Positions 61,501 to 64,000 of a stretch of DNA of 64,000 bases are shown here, one piece after another. Origin of the DNA: Raillietiella orientalis (Eukaryota); the NCBI GenBank assembly GCA_036172245.1, contig JAYWIR010000037.1, positions 62,001 to 126,000 on the forward strand. The letters run 5' to 3'. The notes under the pieces are model-generated. The model did not search any database. It had not been told where the DNA came from and saw only the letters and a list, made by a program, of their open reading frames with translations. The translations under genes were made by a program, and so were the position numbers. Each line of letters starts with the position of its first letter. Position 1 is the stretch's first letter.

Positions 61501-64000
61501 GGAGTGGAAGTTTCCCCCAAGAGAGAAGAGCTCCCTTGGGGTGTCCCCACATGCTGGACTCTGGAACGAAGGATGGTGAATCATGACGAGATCATTCTTC
61601 CTAAGGATCCCGACGTGTAGACGTACACTGCAATACAAAGTGTGTTGGACGCCTGCTCAGAAAACGAAAGCAATTTCGGTTCTCGTTTGCGTTTCCTGCG
61701 TCTCCACGCATATTTCGCAGGCTTGCAGCTGTTCGTATAGGGCCACGTGCTCTTAATGCGGCACATAGGCTACAATCAGAGTAAATAAATATGTTCGGGA
61801 TGGTCAGGATAGTCTACCTGCGCGGGAGGTGATCGCGGAAGTGCTGCCATTTGCAGCAAAGTGAAGCAAAAGACTCGCACGCAAAGCTCATACACAAATG
61901 AGAAGGGCTCGTGCAATTGTTTAGCCACTTTACTTTCTTACCCCCAAAGCAGCTGAGATGATTTTCTCCTGTACAACGAATTTTACCTGGACCATTTGAT
62001 CAAATCGCAACTGTTAGAACTCATCTTCTGTACATGTGCCTGCGCAGGAGCGAAATCGCAACTGTTGCTTAGGGATGGAAATTCTGAAAAGAGAGCAAAG
62101 CGTTCTGACAACAGTGCACTGGAAAATCGTAAACAGATGAAGACGATGGTGCCGAATACCCTTCTATCCTAAGACCTTTAGTACACTGTTTTGCGGGTGC
62201 TAGAGGGACCCATGCAAGATGCATAAAGTATCTTTTAGGGATGTTAGAATGAGATGACTAGGAAATGCAGTGAGTTGCTTTCCAGTAACCTTTCCAAATG
62301 CAGAACCGAGACAGAGCTGTCGCTGCAATGAGGTGATGCTGCGACAGAGGCTGGTCCCCTTCTCGATATCAAGGAACTTCCGGAGGGACTCACCAGTACG
62401 GTGAAGACAGTGAAGGAGTGCTCCTCGGTTCATTCTGTGCGACGGAGACTGCGCTTGAAAGCAGTGCGATCAATAGCTACCTACGACAAGTCCTAAAGAC
62501 CATCATGCAATGAAAGTTATTTTTGGAGAGCATCGAATCGATGCGGAAGTCCTTATTCATCAGTTAACAACATCCGCTTGAGGTTTCAGACGTATTCCCG
62601 AGACCATGATGCTGACATACAACCGGGAATCCTTTTCTTCTGCTGATGACGGAGATGTACTTTTCTCGATGTTTGAACGAAAGTACCGTTCCCGAACGAT
62701 GGTCTTACCTGCATCCAACCGAATCGGTGGCTTCCGGGTTTCTGGAGCTCTTGAAAGGTTCCTGAGGAAAAGGCAGCGAGGATCGCCGGGGATTGGTGAA
62801 CGGGCCCGAAAGGGAAGAGCACGGGAAAGTGCGCTCGCCGATCCTGGCCTCCTAGGAAACCCGCTCTCCAGCAAAGAGAGATGAACCTATCTGAGCAATT
62901 TTTCGATCCTGAGGATGAGAAAGGGTAAAGGATCTGATTTCTGATAGGAACCTGGAACCCATCTCGATGTGTCGGCGAACCAGACAATTCCGGGACCTAT
63001 CAGTTCTCAGAACCTCTTGGAGTCCTAGAGATAGCAGTAGTAGGTTCTGGAACGTATGCAATTTATTGCTAGCATAGTTTGCATGCTGAAAATTCCTTTC
63101 TTTTGGGGTTCATAAAGCGATGAAGAACCGTTCGCTTCCTTAAGGGGCTCAAAGGGCTCCGGAGCTCTTCAACGAAGCGGTCCACTCCACCCGAGGGTGC
63201 GTGTCACTCCTCAAGTTATAGAGGGGGGAATATCCTATGAATCCAGGAAGGAGTCCGTTCCTCTTGCTCTTGAGAGGGAGCCCCGCCCTGGTTACCTCTG
63301 AAGGGAATCCCGATGGGAACCTCCCATTCCTTGTTCTCTCTGGAGGAATCCGTTTTTTAGGGACCCTGCTGAAGGGGCCCATTCTCGTTTCCTGTCCAGA
63401 GGGGACCGCAAGGGAACCACTCCTTGTTGTGCTCGTCTGAAGAGAACCTCAAAGGGATGCTTCTAAATTTTTTTTGGAGGGCGCTCCCCCGAAGGGAGTA
63501 GCGCTCTTACACTCTTTCAAGCATGGTATCAACCAGTTCCGTGGTACGGCCCCATTTTCACAACCGGAGAGGAACCTTGAAGAGAACCGACTCCTTGATT
63601 CCTAGAGGGACCCGGCAGGGTCAACTTCCAATCCCGGAGGCCAGCCAACGGGAGGCAGCCGGCTTCTACCAGTGCCGCAGGCATCAGTGGACAAGGGGAA
63701 AGAGGTGGTCCCGAACTGTGCAAGGTGCGGGGTGCGGTAATCCCTCCCGCACCTCCTAGTGGACTGCGCTGCTCCCCGGACCCTTTGGGGACGCTTTGCC
63801 ACGACCCTGGGAACCCCCCGGCGGCAGCGCCAGAGACGTTGTAAAGCGCCTCTTCCAGCGCGACATCCCCACGCCGGCAGGCCTCATCCCTAGCAGCAGT
63901 TTAGCTGCCTAAGCGGCGGGATCGTGGCTCCATGGAACAACGCCAGAGGAGGCCAGGACGACAGGGACGACATCTATTTTGCTGTCCTCTTCATGAAGGC

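Noticed and set aside
1..64000. CRISPR arrays, rRNA, complete tRNA genes, intact transposons or prokaryotic operons
   Set aside because: None seen; every recognised gene is an intron-containing eukaryotic gene and all mobile-element matches are broken remnants.

Overview
Eukaryotic (invertebrate animal, probably arthropod) genomic DNA; no prokaryotic features, CRISPR array or rRNA seen. All gene models were spliced by hand from GT/AG sites and reading-frame continuity. The AT-rich, CpG-poor core (about 15-59 kb) holds compact housekeeping genes with very short introns, mostly 38-57 nt: eRF3/GSPT1 (-), eIF3b (+), an unidentified coiled-coil gene (+), DNAAF5/HEATR2 (+), SLC35F5 (-), and a convergent CDK10 (+)/CLPTM1L (-) pair whose stop codons are 7 nt apart. 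A GC/CpG-rich block (about 6-14.6 kb) contains a phase-consistent 3-exon orphan gene for a ~1074-aa low-complexity protein (-). Intergenic DNA carries decayed LINE reverse-transcriptase remnants and a Tigger/pogo transposase remnant. The best candidate for something undescribed is a multi-exon, ORF-less spliced unit just downstream of SLC35F5 (41871 to ~41046, -). Its introns each fold into a hairpin starting at the donor, two followed by ACA, and further pre-miRNA-like hairpins lie next to it; this suggests a small-RNA host transcript.
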